Shown here: positions 42,823-53,741 of the stretch, piece after piece
Layout of the letters: every line of letters starts with the position of its first letter
Numbering within the stretch: position 1 is the stretch's first letter
Assembly: GCA_965218095.1 (NCBI GenBank)
Contig: OZ244587.1
Coordinates: 1,344,001-1,408,000, forward strand
Direction of reading: 5' to 3'
DNA: 64,000 nt
From: Candidatus Poribacteria bacterium
Lineage (GTDB): Bacteria > Poribacteria > WGA-4E > PCPOR2b
The notes under the pieces: generated by a model
Seen by the model: only the letters and a program-made list of their open reading frames with translations
The model's database searches: none
What the model was told of the DNA's origin: nothing
Position numbers and translations under genes: made by a program

Positions 42823-43531
42823 ATGGCTTTCACTGTAGAGGATTATCACGATTTGGTTCAATTGCTGTCTGAACGCTCAGAATGGCGCTCGGAGTTATGA
42901 CACTTGTTGCTCTCTGATAAATTGCTCGCTTTATCAGAGATAGTCAGGGAGTTAGGCGCAGCAGCGCACTGAAGAAAGGCTATCCGGCGTTAAAGAACGG
43001 CTCTCTCAGCTAGAAGCAGCAATACAGCACCTAATTGAGCAGGTATCTGCGCTGACCGAGAGCCAACGACAGACAGATAACACAGCCGGCAGGCTAAAAG
43101 GCGAACTGCTAGAGCTTACCTACCGCAACAAAATCTATGGATATTTTGGGCATCTTATGCGCCGGCTGAAGGTCGTAGATCTGTTCACAATAGATGAAGC
43201 GTTAGAAGCGCCCCTTGCTCCTGGCGAATTCCGAGACGTTTTCCGTCTGGACTTGATAGCTACCGAGCAATTGCGAGAGCCTCCGGGGGCGCCTCAGATT
43301 TGGCTAGCGATCGAAATTTTGTCTGTGGTAGATAGAGACGACATGGATCGGGTCTGGCGACGGGCAGGGCTGATTCGCCGTACCGGGTATCCCGCTTTAC
43401 CCGTCGCTGCCGGAGAACAGGCAACGTCGAGAGCAGAGGGGGCCATCCGCAATCAGAACGTAATACTGATGCGGGATGGACGGGAGAAGTTCTGGGATAA
43501 AGCCGTGTCGGCCTGGATCAACCCTCCGTAA
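42823..43531 (+). pseudogene. Coiled-coil plus PD-(D/E)XK-like protein, disrupted
   Basis: MAFTVEDYHDLVQLL..EWRSEL* then heptad segments, LKGELLELTYR and WLAIEI..VVD..D..R; internal stop and frameshift. Confidence 0.6.
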
Positions 43532-43588
43532 AATGTGAGTTTATATGCCCTCCTTCGTAGCAGAAACAAAGTAAATGGACTTACAAAC

Positions 43589-44671
43589 ATGGATATTGAA
43601 ATCCTGACATCCGCTGATGAACAGGCGTACGAGGCAATGCTCCACGAGAAGGCGGATACCCTGCTCTACACCTCCCTCAAGTACCGAAATCTTTTGCGGG
43701 GATATCTTGATGCGGAAGACTGCTACTTAATCGCCAAGCAAGAACGCGGCGTCATTGGTGCGCTCCCTTTATTTCTGAAGAAGAACAGGACTTACGGAAA
43801 CGTTCTGAACTCCCTTCCATTCTACGGCAGCAATGGCGGCGTGATCGTCTCGCCACGAGTGACGGATCTGGAGACAGTCATCAGGGCCTTGATCGAGGCG
43901 CTTCATCGCTTGGTTCGCGAGAGGGATGTTGTCATTGCAACGGTGATTACTAGCCCTTTCGAGCGGCACCGCCGGCTTTACGAGGCATATCTCAATCCCA
44001 CTTTTCGAGATAGCCGGGTTGGTCAGGTTGCTTGCTTGCCTCAATTTGGTGGCGACATCGAACACGCAATAATGACAATGATTGGCTCAAAAAGACGCGG
44101 AGATATCCGCAAAGCCCGTAAGCGCAGGATTGAGTATACACATTCCTCAGATATAGAAATCCTCCGTTTTCTGGCAGATACGCATCGAGAAAACATGCGG
44201 GCTATTGGGGGCGCCCCCAAGGACTGGAGGTTCTTCAGAAGCGCGCGAGAGATTTTTGCGTATGATGCAGACTATCACGTCTATGTCGCCACATTAGATG
44301 GGCAGCTAATCAGCGCATTACTGGTCTTTTACTACAACAACATGGTCGAATATTTTACCCCTGCAACTGTGGAAAAATATCGTTCGCTTCAGCCCAACAG
44401 CTTGCTTATCTTTGAAGCGATGAAGGACGCAATCCATCGAGGGTATCGCTATTGGAACTTTGGCGGTACGTGGAACACCCAAGATGGCGTATACCATTTT
44501 AAGAAGCGGTGGGGGGCGCGAGACATGCTTTATGACTACTACATCATCACTTATCGGGATATAGGCCATCTCTTGGAAATGCATCCGCAAGAGATACTTG
44601 CTGAGTACCCATTTTTTTATGTGGTACCGTTTGATCTTTTACGAAGCAGGGAAGGAGAGATTATTGCGTGA
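43589..44671 (+). CDS. GNAT/FemAB-like acyltransferase
   Basis: NSLPFYGSNGG, R.DIRKA, PNSLLIFEAM.DA..RG.RYWNFGGT, VYHFKKRWGA. Confidence 0.85.
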   Translation: MDIEILTSADEQAYEAMLHEKADTLLYTSLKYRNLLRGYLDAEDCYLIAKQERGVIGALPLFLKKNRTYGNVLNSLPFYGSNGGVIVSPRVTDLETVIRALIEALHRLVRERDVVIATVITSPFERHRRLYEAYLNPTFRDSRVGQVACLPQFGGDIEHAIMTMIGSKRRGDIRKARKRRIEYTHSSDIEILRFLADTHRENMRAIGGAPKDWRFFRSAREIFAYDADYHVYVATLDGQLISALLVFYYNNMVEYFTPATVEKYRSLQPNSLLIFEAMKDAIHRGYRYWNFGGTWNTQDGVYHFKKRWGARDMLYDYYIITYRDIGHLLEMHPQEILAEYPFFYVVPFDLLRSREGEIIA

Positions 44672-45623
44672 CGATATCCGTGACCGACTCCTGCAAGAAG
44701 TCAATAACTTCTTAGCCCCACTTGAGGAATGGCAGGTTAGCCAATTTACACAACCACAGTTTCCCGTCGTTTTTGTGATTGGCACACCACGCTGTGGACA
44801 CACCTTACTTTCCCAACTGCTTGCAGCAAGTGGAGGCTTCGCATATATCAACAATTTTGTGGCGCGTTTTTGGATGGTGCCTGCGATCGGCGCCCAAATC
44901 GAACTTGCTCTTGGCATATGTGAACAGCAGCAGGGACAAAGCTATTCTTCCGAATACGGTAGAACGACAGGCTGGGCAGGACCTCACGAATTCGGGTGTT
45001 TTTTGCGGCGGTGGCTGCCTTTTGGGGAAACACACAAAGTTGAGCTTGAAGCATTGTCTCAAGAAACGGCAAACAGATTCGCTCAAGAAGTCGCAGCGTT
45101 AGAAGCGGTTTATGGCAAACCGCTCTTTCTCCGAAACATCATCTATAGTCTGAATATAGACTTACTCTTGAAAATCTTCCCGAATTCCGTTTTTGTTGTG
45201 TGCAGAAGAGAAGTGCTATATCAGGCGCAGTCAATCCTAATTGCTCGGCGAAAAATCGCGGGCGACAAACAGAATTGGTGGTCTTTGCGGCCAAAGGAAT
45301 ATCGAGGCCTCATTCGCTCGCCGGTTTGGGAACAAATCGCCGGACAGATCTACTACACATACAAGGACATCGAAACGAATTTGGCTCAAGCAGACCGGAG
45401 ACGGTGGTTGGAGGTTCACTATTCTGATTTATGCCGAGAGCCTCAAGCGCAGGTAGGGAAAATTGTTAAAGTTGTAGAAAGATTAGGAAAGCGCACGGAT
45501 TGGAAGTCGGATACAATTCCGGATCAATTCGATTCTACGGACGTCCAGCGGGTGAGTGATGCGGACTTTCAAAAGCTGCGTGAGGCGGTCCAACGCTATT
45601 TTGGGAATGACTTAGCAGATTAA
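44664..45623 (+). CDS. Sulfotransferase
   Basis: 5'-PSB-like VFVIGTPRCGHTLL.QLL, RR....QAQS and Y.DLC.EP; TTG start inferred after a GGAGA RBS. Confidence 0.8.
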   Translation: MRDDIRDRLLQEVNNFLAPLEEWQVSQFTQPQFPVVFVIGTPRCGHTLLSQLLAASGGFAYINNFVARFWMVPAIGAQIELALGICEQQQGQSYSSEYGRTTGWAGPHEFGCFLRRWLPFGETHKVELEALSQETANRFAQEVAALEAVYGKPLFLRNIIYSLNIDLLLKIFPNSVFVVCRREVLYQAQSILIARRKIAGDKQNWWSLRPKEYRGLIRSPVWEQIAGQIYYTYKDIETNLAQADRRRWLEVHYSDLCREPQAQVGKIVKVVERLGKRTDWKSDTIPDQFDSTDVQRVSDADFQKLREAVQRYFGNDLAD

Positions 45624-45624
45624 A

Positions 45625-46899
45625 ATGAAAATTAACTTTATTGGTAATGTATGCAACAACGCTTATGTCATCACCAAGTTCTTGAGAAAGAAGGGGGTTG
45701 ATGCACGTCTGTTTGTGTTGAAGCCGTATCATAGACAATATCTGCCGGAATCGGAGGATCCGGAACTGTTGAACAGCTATCCGGAATGGATCGAAACCAT
45801 AGACGCGAGCCATTTCTGTTGCGAGCACCCTTTCCTTCGGCATCCATTCTATGAACGTTCCCTCTTGAAACGGCTGGAAGACTGCGATATTATTCACTCT
45901 TTTGATTGGGGACACGCCTATGCCCAGTTTTGTCGTCGTCCATTTATTTTCCATGTATCGGGGGCGGATCTGAATTACTACCCTTTTGTGCGCTTTAAGC
46001 CAGATCTCCGTGCAGGGAATTTGTCGAATCTGATGCAATCACTGAAAATGGGAAAAGGGAGACGTGAGGCTTTTGGACGATGTGTGATGGGCCTTCATTC
46101 AGGGTGGTTGGGGTTGCTCATGCGAAGAGCAATTAAGATGTCCGCCATGGTTTGCACAGGCACAAGTGTTTCGAGTCACTATAGCATACAAAAGCTCGGC
46201 ATTCGCAATGTCGCCTATTTGCCGCTGATTATGGATTGCGAGAAATTTCGGAGGCGAGCAGATAACGGCAAAAATCTCAGTCTAACTGGTAAGAAAGAAT
46301 TTACGGTTTTCTCTTCTACAAGGCATGTGTGGGGACAGTCAGGATACAGGGGCGCCAAAAATAATTTCAGTACGGGAGACATGAAAGCGAATGATCGAGC
46401 GATAAACGCCTTTGCACGCTTTGTTCGAGAGAAGGATGAAAAGGCGCGATTGTTCATGGTTGAAACGGGCAGGCATGTCTGGAAATCAAAAGGGTTGATT
46501 GAGGCGCTTGGCGCTGAATCCAATGTAACGTGGCTGCCGCACATGCCCCGGCACGAATTGGTAGATTGGTACTCATGGGCAGACGTTGTCTTTGATCAAT
46601 TCCTGATTGGTGGCATGGGGACAGCCGCTTTAGAGGCGATTGCCTGCGAAGTTCCTCTGATTACCTACCTATATAAAGATGGTTATTACTTTAACAGGGT
46701 ATATGGGGAAGTCCCACCCGTGCTGAACTGTCATACCGAAGAAGATATATATCATGCACTATGCTGGTGTTACGACAATCGCGTAGCAGCGAGGCAATTG
46801 GGGGAACAAACCAGACACTGGGTCTGGCGTCATCACCATTGGGAAAACCTGATCGGTAAATACATCGATTTGTATCAGCAAATACGTTGCGAGCAATAG
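45625..46899 (+). CDS. Glycosyltransferase (GT4/GT-B)
   Basis: H..G.D, AI.AFARF, ADVVFDQF..G.MG.AALEAIAC.VP. Confidence 0.85.
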   Translation: MKINFIGNVCNNAYVITKFLRKKGVDARLFVLKPYHRQYLPESEDPELLNSYPEWIETIDASHFCCEHPFLRHPFYERSLLKRLEDCDIIHSFDWGHAYAQFCRRPFIFHVSGADLNYYPFVRFKPDLRAGNLSNLMQSLKMGKGRREAFGRCVMGLHSGWLGLLMRRAIKMSAMVCTGTSVSSHYSIQKLGIRNVAYLPLIMDCEKFRRRADNGKNLSLTGKKEFTVFSSTRHVWGQSGYRGAKNNFSTGDMKANDRAINAFARFVREKDEKARLFMVETGRHVWKSKGLIEALGAESNVTWLPHMPRHELVDWYSWADVVFDQFLIGGMGTAALEAIACEVPLITYLYKDGYYFNRVYGEVPPVLNCHTEEDIYHALCWCYDNRVAARQLGEQTRHWVWRHHHWENLIGKYIDLYQQIRCEQ

Positions 46900-46917
46900 G
46901 TTTCACCAAATCAGCCA

Positions 46918-48393
46918 ATGATCAATCAATTGAAACAGATCGCCAATCACGTCGTCATCTATTCTATTGGCAGTTGGATGAGCCGATTCCTGACCTTTTT
47001 TTTGCTTCCGATTTATACAAGGGTTTTCGCTCTAGAGCAGTACGGTCAATTGGATATACTGACTTTGACCAACTCGTTTCTGGGGCTTTTTTTGTGTCTA
47101 GGAACCACACAAGGAGTGTCGCGCTATTTCTGTCCTGAAGATAATGAAGAACAAAGGATGCGCATCGCTTCAACGGGATTAATCTTCTTATGGGTTGTTT
47201 TTTCTGGCTTTATTATGGTTCTTATCCTTCTCAGAACGCATATCAGCCAATTTTTATTGCATGATGTCCGTCAGGGAAACCTGGTTGTCCTAGCGTTTTC
47301 CAGTGGTTTGCCCTCTGTAACCTACCACTACATGCTGAGTCTTTACCGCTACCGCTTACTTCCTAAGAAATATCTTATGTTCTCCCTGGGGCAACTGTTT
47401 CTTAACGTTTTATTGGTTGTAACATTTGTGCTCGTCCTACGATATGGCATAGCAGGCATTTTTTTGAGCCAGATGATTTCGTTTTCGCTGATGAGCCTGG
47501 TAATGGGAATTGATTCCAGAAACTATATCCGCAACTGTTTTTCATTTTCAATTCTGAAAGATCTGATTCAATTTGGACTTCCCCTGGTCCCATCTAGCCT
47601 TGCGATGTATCTGATGAATTATTCCGGTCGATATTTCATCGGAAGTATGCGGGGGATGCGTGAAGTCGGATTGTATGGAATTGCATACCGATTGGGGCAG
47701 ATTGTCACCATAATTACGGCGGGTTTCGGTGCAGCATGGCCACCCTTCATCTATTCCAACTTTCAAAAACCCAATGGTAAGCAGTTATTCGCCAAAATCT
47801 TAGATTTCTATTCGACAGGGCTATTTCTCATCTTATGTGGGATAGGGCTCTTCTCGGAAGAATTGTTAAAAGTATTTGCAACGGAGAAATATTACGCAGC
47901 AGCCGGCGTTGTCCCCCTCATCTGCATTGGATTGGGGATGTATTTCATCGGCGGTTACTTTCCAATAGGCATTGGTATTTCTAAAAAGACATATCATCGA
48001 TTATGGGTGGGGATTGCAGCGTCGGGGCTGAACATAACGCTGAATATTGTGCTTATTCCCAAGTATGGAATGTATGGGAGCGCGCTGGCGACAATTATTT
48101 CCTATCTTTTTTTTGCGACAGCATTGCTGTGGATATCGCATCGTCTGTATCCAATTCCGTACTCCTATCTGAAAATTGGCCTGTGTTGGCTTCTGGGATT
48201 CGGTATCGTGTTGATTACATTCCGATTCTTTTTGAAGCCTCCGTCTTCGTTTTTGTCAGGGCTATCTCAAAAGTTACTTATCTTCAGCATTTGTGTTTGT
48301 GTGCCTTTGCTGACAAGTGTCATCAACCTGAACGATCTGAAGGCCGGGATAAGATTCATTCAAACCCATACGGGTTGGGTGTTTAAGAGATGA
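46918..48393 (+). CDS. Wzx-type oligosaccharide flippase
   Basis: Many TM segments; LLPIYTR....YG, FGLPLVP, VGLY..A, LNI.LIPKYGMYGSALAT. Confidence 0.88.
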   Translation: MINQLKQIANHVVIYSIGSWMSRFLTFFLLPIYTRVFALEQYGQLDILTLTNSFLGLFLCLGTTQGVSRYFCPEDNEEQRMRIASTGLIFLWVVFSGFIMVLILLRTHISQFLLHDVRQGNLVVLAFSSGLPSVTYHYMLSLYRYRLLPKKYLMFSLGQLFLNVLLVVTFVLVLRYGIAGIFLSQMISFSLMSLVMGIDSRNYIRNCFSFSILKDLIQFGLPLVPSSLAMYLMNYSGRYFIGSMRGMREVGLYGIAYRLGQIVTIITAGFGAAWPPFIYSNFQKPNGKQLFAKILDFYSTGLFLILCGIGLFSEELLKVFATEKYYAAAGVVPLICIGLGMYFIGGYFPIGIGISKKTYHRLWVGIAASGLNITLNIVLIPKYGMYGSALATIISYLFFATALLWISHRLYPIPYSYLKIGLCWLLGFGIVLITFRFFLKPPSSFLSGLSQKLLIFSICVCVPLLTSVINLNDLKAGIRFIQTHTGWVFKR

Positions 48394-49297
48394 AAACAAG
48401 GGGATGGAGTCAATCCCCAGGGTTTTTCTTTAGACGAACTTATAGCGAGTAAAACGCGCGTTTCTCCCGTCAGCCTCAACGAAGTGAAGCATCTCTTGCA
48501 CCTTAACAAGGAGATTCTTCGCTGCACTCTATTAGACTTCCAAGAAACTACTCGCAATGAGTTCGACGCAACGTGCCGGTCGTGATGGATCTGCCAATCA
48601 AGGTGTTTGGGGGTGACTCTAAGGAACTTTTTTCTGTTGACACACACAGGGAATGGATGTATTATATCTTCTCTGTAAAGATAGACAGCATCGCAGGTGA
48701 CAAACCCTGAAGAAGAATCTCCACTTTAACTTTCGTGGAACGTCAATCAAGACACCCAAAATTTTAGGATTTTGCCAAGAGTATCCGATTGAAACAATAT
48801 ATTTTACTGCAACATATCTTCTTCATCAAACTGAAACGAAGCATGCTCTGGTTGATTCTATTTCTTTTCCTGTGTAGTTGTGTGGAATCTTTCCAAGCGC
48901 TTCCTACCCTCGACCTCAATGACCTTTTTATATTTGGTACAATTGTGACTGACAATCGTAGCAAGTACTGTTTGGAAACTGGCAATTAATATGCTTTACC
49001 GATTTTTAGCTAGGTAATGCCTCTCAGCGAATGGGGTTAAATCATCTTACCCAGCGACGTGCCCGCCCACGAAAGTTGGCGTTGCGGACATTTTGTAAAG
49101 GGAAGCTGACCTTAGAACTTCACGGCTTAAATAAGTGGGCAGTTGTAGGAGTCCAAGCGACCTCACTCTACTACTCACTTTCGCGCAACTTGTCAACATT
49201 TATTTGACAACGAATCGCTTGAAAATAGTTCTGATAAACTTCATTTTACAGATCGACGAGCGGATTCGCGATTAGGAGGTGTAACAGGAGCAGGCGG

Positions 49298-49650
49298 ATG
49301 AAAACAGCACTTATCACCGGTCAAGACGGGGCATATCTTGCTCAGTTTTTGTTGGCTAAAGATTATAAAGTCTACGGCATGACTCGCCGAACCTCTTTCA
49401 CAGAACCGGACGAACAGTTGGTCTACCTGAGGATTGAAGACTAGGTTAAACTCATCAGTGGGGACCTCCATGATCTCTCATCGCTGGTACGGGTCTTGAC
49501 GGAGGTACAACCGAATGAGGTCTACAACCTCGCTGCCCAAAGTTTCGTCCATGTCTCTTTTCATCAACCCCTGCTGACAGGGGACATTACGGGACTTGGG
49601 GCGGCTCGGATGTTGGAGGCGATACGGTTGGTCAAACCAGATGTTCGGTA
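49298..49650 (+). pseudogene. gmd: GDP-mannose 4,6-dehydratase fragment
   Basis: [27 protein letters not shown], internal TAG, GDL.D, PNEVYNLAAQSFVHVSF.QP; truncated. Confidence 0.85.
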
Positions 49651-49838
49651 TTAAAATTGATGACATCAACACCTTCAACTTGAACGCTTTTTGTTTGCGC
49701 TATCTCTTCAGCAACTGTTAATGTCCCACAACCAAAATCCAAAACCTTTTCATTTTCGTTGATATATGGTAAGGATAATATTAAGTAAGCCGGGTTTCTC
49801 GCTTTTTGAAAATAATCTCTTTCAATGCTTTCTTCACA
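49632..49838 (-). pseudogene. Class I SAM methyltransferase fragment (sequence downstream of the intron remnant)
   Basis: KVLDFGCG motif I and V.GVD motif II; truncated at both ends. Confidence 0.6.
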
Positions 49839-49913
49839 GTATGGATAGGTAGATTCCTTGCGGAATTTTCTCCCCATCAGAACCGTGCGTGCGACTTTCA
49901 TCGCACACAGCTC
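49839..49913 (-). ncRNA. Group II intron remnant: domains V and VI with the 3' splice end
   Basis: Minus strand GAGCTGTGT-GCGAT-GAAA-GTCGC-AC-GCACGGTTC (AGC triad, GNRA loop, AC bulge), then DVI GATGGGGAGA..ATTCC-GCAA-GGAAT..CTACCTATCCATAC ending in AY. Confidence 0.85.
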
Positions 49914-49984
49914 GCATTGTCAATTACTGATTATCCTATACCGATAATGCTCACCTTCTGGTAAAATAGGCTGTCTAGCTATAT

Positions 49985-51093
49985 GAGGGGTGTGCATAAA
50001 TATAGTTGACATAATCAAGCCAAAAGGGTTTCCTATTGTTATCATAGCAAAAGGAGCCCCAATATGGTACAAAGACCAATGTTGGCTGATTATGTCACTC
50101 TTATTATGCAACTCTTTGAGCAGTTTATGCAACACCGTATTGACAAACCAGGTGTCACACACGCAAAACCATTGACATATTCAACCACCTCGTTTATCAT
50201 TTTCTTCATGTTGATGCAGTTTCACGGCATCTATGGCTTCAAAACGCAATGGCGGTGGCTAATCAATCACCCAGAAGTGTTACAAATGCTGGGGTGGCAA
50301 CAGCCCCCTCATCGAACCACGATTGCACGTCGCTATAAGGCATTATATGAAGTGATAGAGGCATTTGTATTGTTTATCGGTCAGTATGCCACTGACTTGT
50401 CCCAACAATTCAACTTGGCTCATCTGGTAGCCGACAAAAGTTTATTTAAGGCACGAGGACCCGTCTGGCATCAAACTGACCGCAAAGCAGGAAAAGTACC
50501 TAAACATCTACGCAACCTCGACACCGATGCCACGTGGAGCAAGAGTGGTTATCATGGCTGGGTCTATGGCTACGGACTTCACATTATCTGCACACAAGGT
50601 GCGTTCCCAACACTGATAACTGTGCACCGTGCGTCGGTCTCCGAAAGTTGGGCGATAGATGCTAAAGCGTCTGAGATTCTGACACAACTTTCACCGCAGA
50701 CACTCACTGCCGATGATGCCTATACCCAAGCAGACCGTATCCGTCGTTGGGCGAAGGCACAAGTCGCTTTGATTACCCCGGCACTTAGATGGACAAAGGG
50801 ACGGTTTGCCAAGGCGTATCATCGATTTATCAACCAACCCAAGCAGCGTCTCTGTTTAAGCAAACGTCGCAGTTCGGTTGAACCGTTGTTTGACTTGATT
50901 GCTAAAGTGATAGGCACCACTCCTCAACAGAAGCAGTTACCGGTCAAGGGGTTTTTCAATGTACGCTGTTGTTTAGCTATCGGGGTGTTATCAGTGCAAG
51001 TGGCTATGATTGCCAATGCCATATGGAAGTTACCTGCTCGCAATATCTCTCATATGGCGGCTGTTTTCCAATGAACTACTATGCACACCCCTC
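49985..51093 (+). mobile_element. Complete insertion sequence (DDE, IS4/IS5/IS982 clan), 1109 bp
   Basis: 14-bp perfect IR GAGGGGTGTGCATA; 8-bp target duplication AGCTATAT at 49977-49984 and 51094-51101. Confidence 0.9.
50064..51074 (+). CDS. DDE transposase
   Basis: PHRTTIARR, VADKSLF, DTDATW..GWVYGYGLH, TADDAY, RRSSVEPLF. Confidence 0.88.
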   Translation: MVQRPMLADYVTLIMQLFEQFMQHRIDKPGVTHAKPLTYSTTSFIIFFMLMQFHGIYGFKTQWRWLINHPEVLQMLGWQQPPHRTTIARRYKALYEVIEAFVLFIGQYATDLSQQFNLAHLVADKSLFKARGPVWHQTDRKAGKVPKHLRNLDTDATWSKSGYHGWVYGYGLHIICTQGAFPTLITVHRASVSESWAIDAKASEILTQLSPQTLTADDAYTQADRIRRWAKAQVALITPALRWTKGRFAKAYHRFINQPKQRLCLSKRRSSVEPLFDLIAKVIGTTPQQKQLPVKGFFNVRCCLAIGVLSVQVAMIANAIWKLPARNISHMAAVFQ

Positions 51094-51224
51094 AGCTATA
51101 TTGCATTATGTTACCCAGAAACGCATTGTAATCTCCCATGAGTCGATAATTTTATACCTGAACTTACCCCCATCCTTTAGACAGAAATGAATGAGATTTA
51201 AGATAGCCAATCGGGTCAACTCGG

Positions 51225-52060
51225 TCAAGTGTAAACGCCTGAAATTACTGGAAATACACCCCGTGCGGTGTTCGATAGTCGAGCGATTGATGAAACCGCT
51301 GTTGATTGTAAAAGTTGAAATAGTCTCTCAATCAACGCCAAGTATGTGGTAACTGAGTCATAGTTGTTGAGATAAACCTCCTCATACTTGACACTCCGCC
51401 AGAGACGCTCAATGAAGATGTTGTCAAAAACTCTGCCTCTGCTGTCCCAACTGATGGCAATCTGAACCACTTCAAGTCGAGCTGTAAAAGCATCAGAAGT
51501 AAATTGACTGCCTTGGTCGTTGTTGAATATCAAGGGGCTCGATTGGGTAAGTGCCCGTTCGAGAGCCGACAGACAAAAGCATACGTCTAGTGAGTTTGAA
51601 AGTTCCCACGACAACACGTAACGGGAAAACCAATCCATAACCGCTACCAGATAAACAAAACCATGACTCAAGCGAATATAGGTTATATCCGTTGCCCAGA
51701 CCGGGTTCGGTCTGATGATACTTAATCCCTTCAGTAGATAGGGATACATCTTCGACGGTTTGGCTATACCCGAGGGCTTGGGCTTCGGATAGATGGCAGC
51801 CAATCCCATCTTTCGCATCAACCGAGCCACCCGTTTCCGATTGACGACATGCCCTTGGGAACGAAGCCATACAGTCAATCGAGGGACTCCATAGAACGGT
51901 GTCTAGGTGTACTGCTCATCTATCAAACGCATATAGAGCAGATTGTGTGGCGACTCGCCTACAGGTCGGTAATAGAACGAGGCACAGACCCAGCAGTTCG
52001 CATTGTCTGACAACTGACGGTGAACGGCACGTCTTTTCAATAGCTGTCGATTCTGTTCAA
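51225..52060 (-). pseudogene. IS3 OrfB integrase-core transposase, disrupted
   Basis: VNRKRVARLMR.MGL, WATDITYI, DQGSQFT, DNIFIERLWRSVKYE; in-frame TAG near 51904 and frameshifts. Confidence 0.85.
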
Positions 52061-52357
52061 CGGAGGAGTTGAGTTTTTTTGAAGCCAGTCGAGTTCCACC
52101 TTCAACTGTCCGATTTGGCGATAGAGTTCAGATGCTAGCTGTTCATTGTCGGTGGCTGCTTTTGAGCGTCCGTTTGTAAAGAGTTGCGGTAATTCTTCAA
52201 GCACCTGCTTTTTCCATTGGCTGACTTGAGTCGGGTAGACCCCATATTTACTGGCAATCTGAGCGACGGTTTGTTGATTTTTTATCGCCTCAATAGCCAC
52301 CTGTGCTTTGAATCTGCCATCGTACTGTTTTCTGCTGTTTTCTACGGAACATGGCAT
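52037..52357 (-). CDS. IS3 OrfA (helix-turn-helix)
   Basis: FKAQVAIEA...TVAQIASKYGV.P.QV.QWK, LY.QIGQLKVELDWLQK with an A-run frameshift site. Confidence 0.85.
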   Translation of the reverse strand: MPCSVENSRKQYDGRFKAQVAIEAIKNQQTVAQIASKYGVYPTQVSQWKKQVLEELPQLFTNGRSKAATDNEQLASELYRQIGQLKVELDWLQKNSTPPLNRIDSY

Positions 52358-52569
52358 GAAAACTCCTTTCTTTTTCTGGGCGTTTCTGACCCATATTTTC
52401 GCACAGATGATGACCGTTTTGCCAGTCGGAAATCCACCTTATTCAACTGTCTAGGTTTTGGGGGTAATTATAACCCACTGGCTATATCTTTACAATTTTC
52501 ATGAACAGTCAAAACAGTTTACCACAAATCTAGGGGCAGATCAAGGAAACACAGGAACAATTTCTGTGC

Positions 52570-52710
52570 TTGACACCCTTTTGGATGATATGTTATATTT
52601 TTCTCGTTTTTCGCACCGTATATTTGGATAAATACACACTTCCTGATTTACACAGAGGGTCTCTCCCGTTTCGAGAGTCTGATGTAAATGTGACGGGAGT
52701 GGAAGTAAAA
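52570..52710 (+). promoter_or_regulatory. rpsB promoter and structured 5' leader (rpsB/t44-like)
   Basis: TTGACA at 52570, extended -10 TGTTATATT; ACACAC motif followed by paired stems upstream of the AAGGAGG RBS. Confidence 0.5.
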
Positions 52711-52738
52711 ACCTGAAAGTTAGGTAAAGGAGGTTTTT

Positions 52739-53659
52739 TTGAGAACAGTTATAATGAAAGAACTCCTTGAAGCGGGAGTTCATTTTGGGCATCAGTCGCG
52801 GCGATGGAACCCAAAAATGGCGCAGTATATCTTTGCTGAACGTAATGGTATCTACATTATAGACCTTCAGAAAACGTTGCGTCTACTGCAGACTGCTTAC
52901 GAATTTGTGCAGGACATTGCAGCAGGCGGAGGAGTTGTGCTTTTCGTCGGCACCAAAAAGCAAGCTCAGGAAACGGTTGTGGAAGAAGCGACAAAATGCC
53001 AGATGTTTTACGTGAACCATCGTTGGCTAGGTGGTATGTTGACCAACTACGAAACCATCAAACGTAGTATCGACCGATTGATGAAAATAGAGGGAGACGA
53101 AGCAAGCGGAATCTTTGAGCAACTACCTAAAAAGGAAGTCATGAGCCTCAGACGTGAAAAAACGAAGTTAAACAATAATCTTGCTGGAATCAAGACGATG
53201 GGGCAACTTCCTGAGGCAGTCATTATCACTGACATCCGAAAGGAACATATCGCGGTTAAGGAAGCGAATAAGCTCGGTATTCCAGTAGTTGCAATTATTG
53301 ATACGAACTGCGATCCGGACCCGATTGACTATCCAATCCCTGCAAATGATGATGCAATCCGGGCAATTAAGCTCATCTGTTCCATACTTGCGACTGCAGT
53401 CATCGAAGGGCGGGCAAGTGCACTGGAGGGGGCTGATGATCAGGAAGCACCACAACCAGAGTCAGCAACCGATGAAAATGAGGTGAGCGAAGAAGCTTCA
53501 CCCCCAGACGATGACAATTCTATAGTTTTTGATGAAGACTCTACGACTCCTGTTGAGGAAACTCCCCGTAGAAGAAGACGAACTCGCAGGAAACAAGCAT
53601 CGGATGAACAACCAGAAGCCAAGCCTCAAGAGGATGGACAATCTGAAACTGAGATTTAA
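52739..53659 (+). CDS. rpsB: 30S ribosomal protein S2
   Basis: [35 protein letters not shown]; TTG start; acidic C-terminal extension. Confidence 0.97.
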   Translation: MRTVIMKELLEAGVHFGHQSRRWNPKMAQYIFAERNGIYIIDLQKTLRLLQTAYEFVQDIAAGGGVVLFVGTKKQAQETVVEEATKCQMFYVNHRWLGGMLTNYETIKRSIDRLMKIEGDEASGIFEQLPKKEVMSLRREKTKLNNNLAGIKTMGQLPEAVIITDIRKEHIAVKEANKLGIPVVAIIDTNCDPDPIDYPIPANDDAIRAIKLICSILATAVIEGRASALEGADDQEAPQPESATDENEVSEEASPPDDDNSIVFDEDSTTPVEETPRRRRRTRRKQASDEQPEAKPQEDGQSETEI

Positions 53660-53741
53660 GAGGTTTTATCGTTAGGGTTAGAATGGAGTCGGGCTAGCCA
53701 TTTACCGCCCGGTTCTACCGAAAATGGAGGATCACAATTTA

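Larger units (their letters stand above)
51159..52472 (-). mobile_element. IS3-family element, inactivated
   Basis: Imperfect IRs TGAACTTACCCCATCCTTTAGACA and (minus strand) TATAATTACCCCCAAAACCTAGACA; ACC direct repeat on both flanks; orfA/orfB arrangement. Confidence 0.85.

Noticed and set aside
48390-48990. Short ORFs downstream of the flippase
   Set aside because: They are fragmentary frames with no recognisable motif, probably decayed genes, and cannot be assigned.
49020-49200. Possible omegaRNA or group II intron 5' part (GAAA-capped hairpin near 49065-49081, minus-strand TTGACA near 49191-49196)
   Set aside because: No IscB/TnpB or RT ORF is adjacent, there is no canonical GUGYG start, and the similarity is too weak to support a call.
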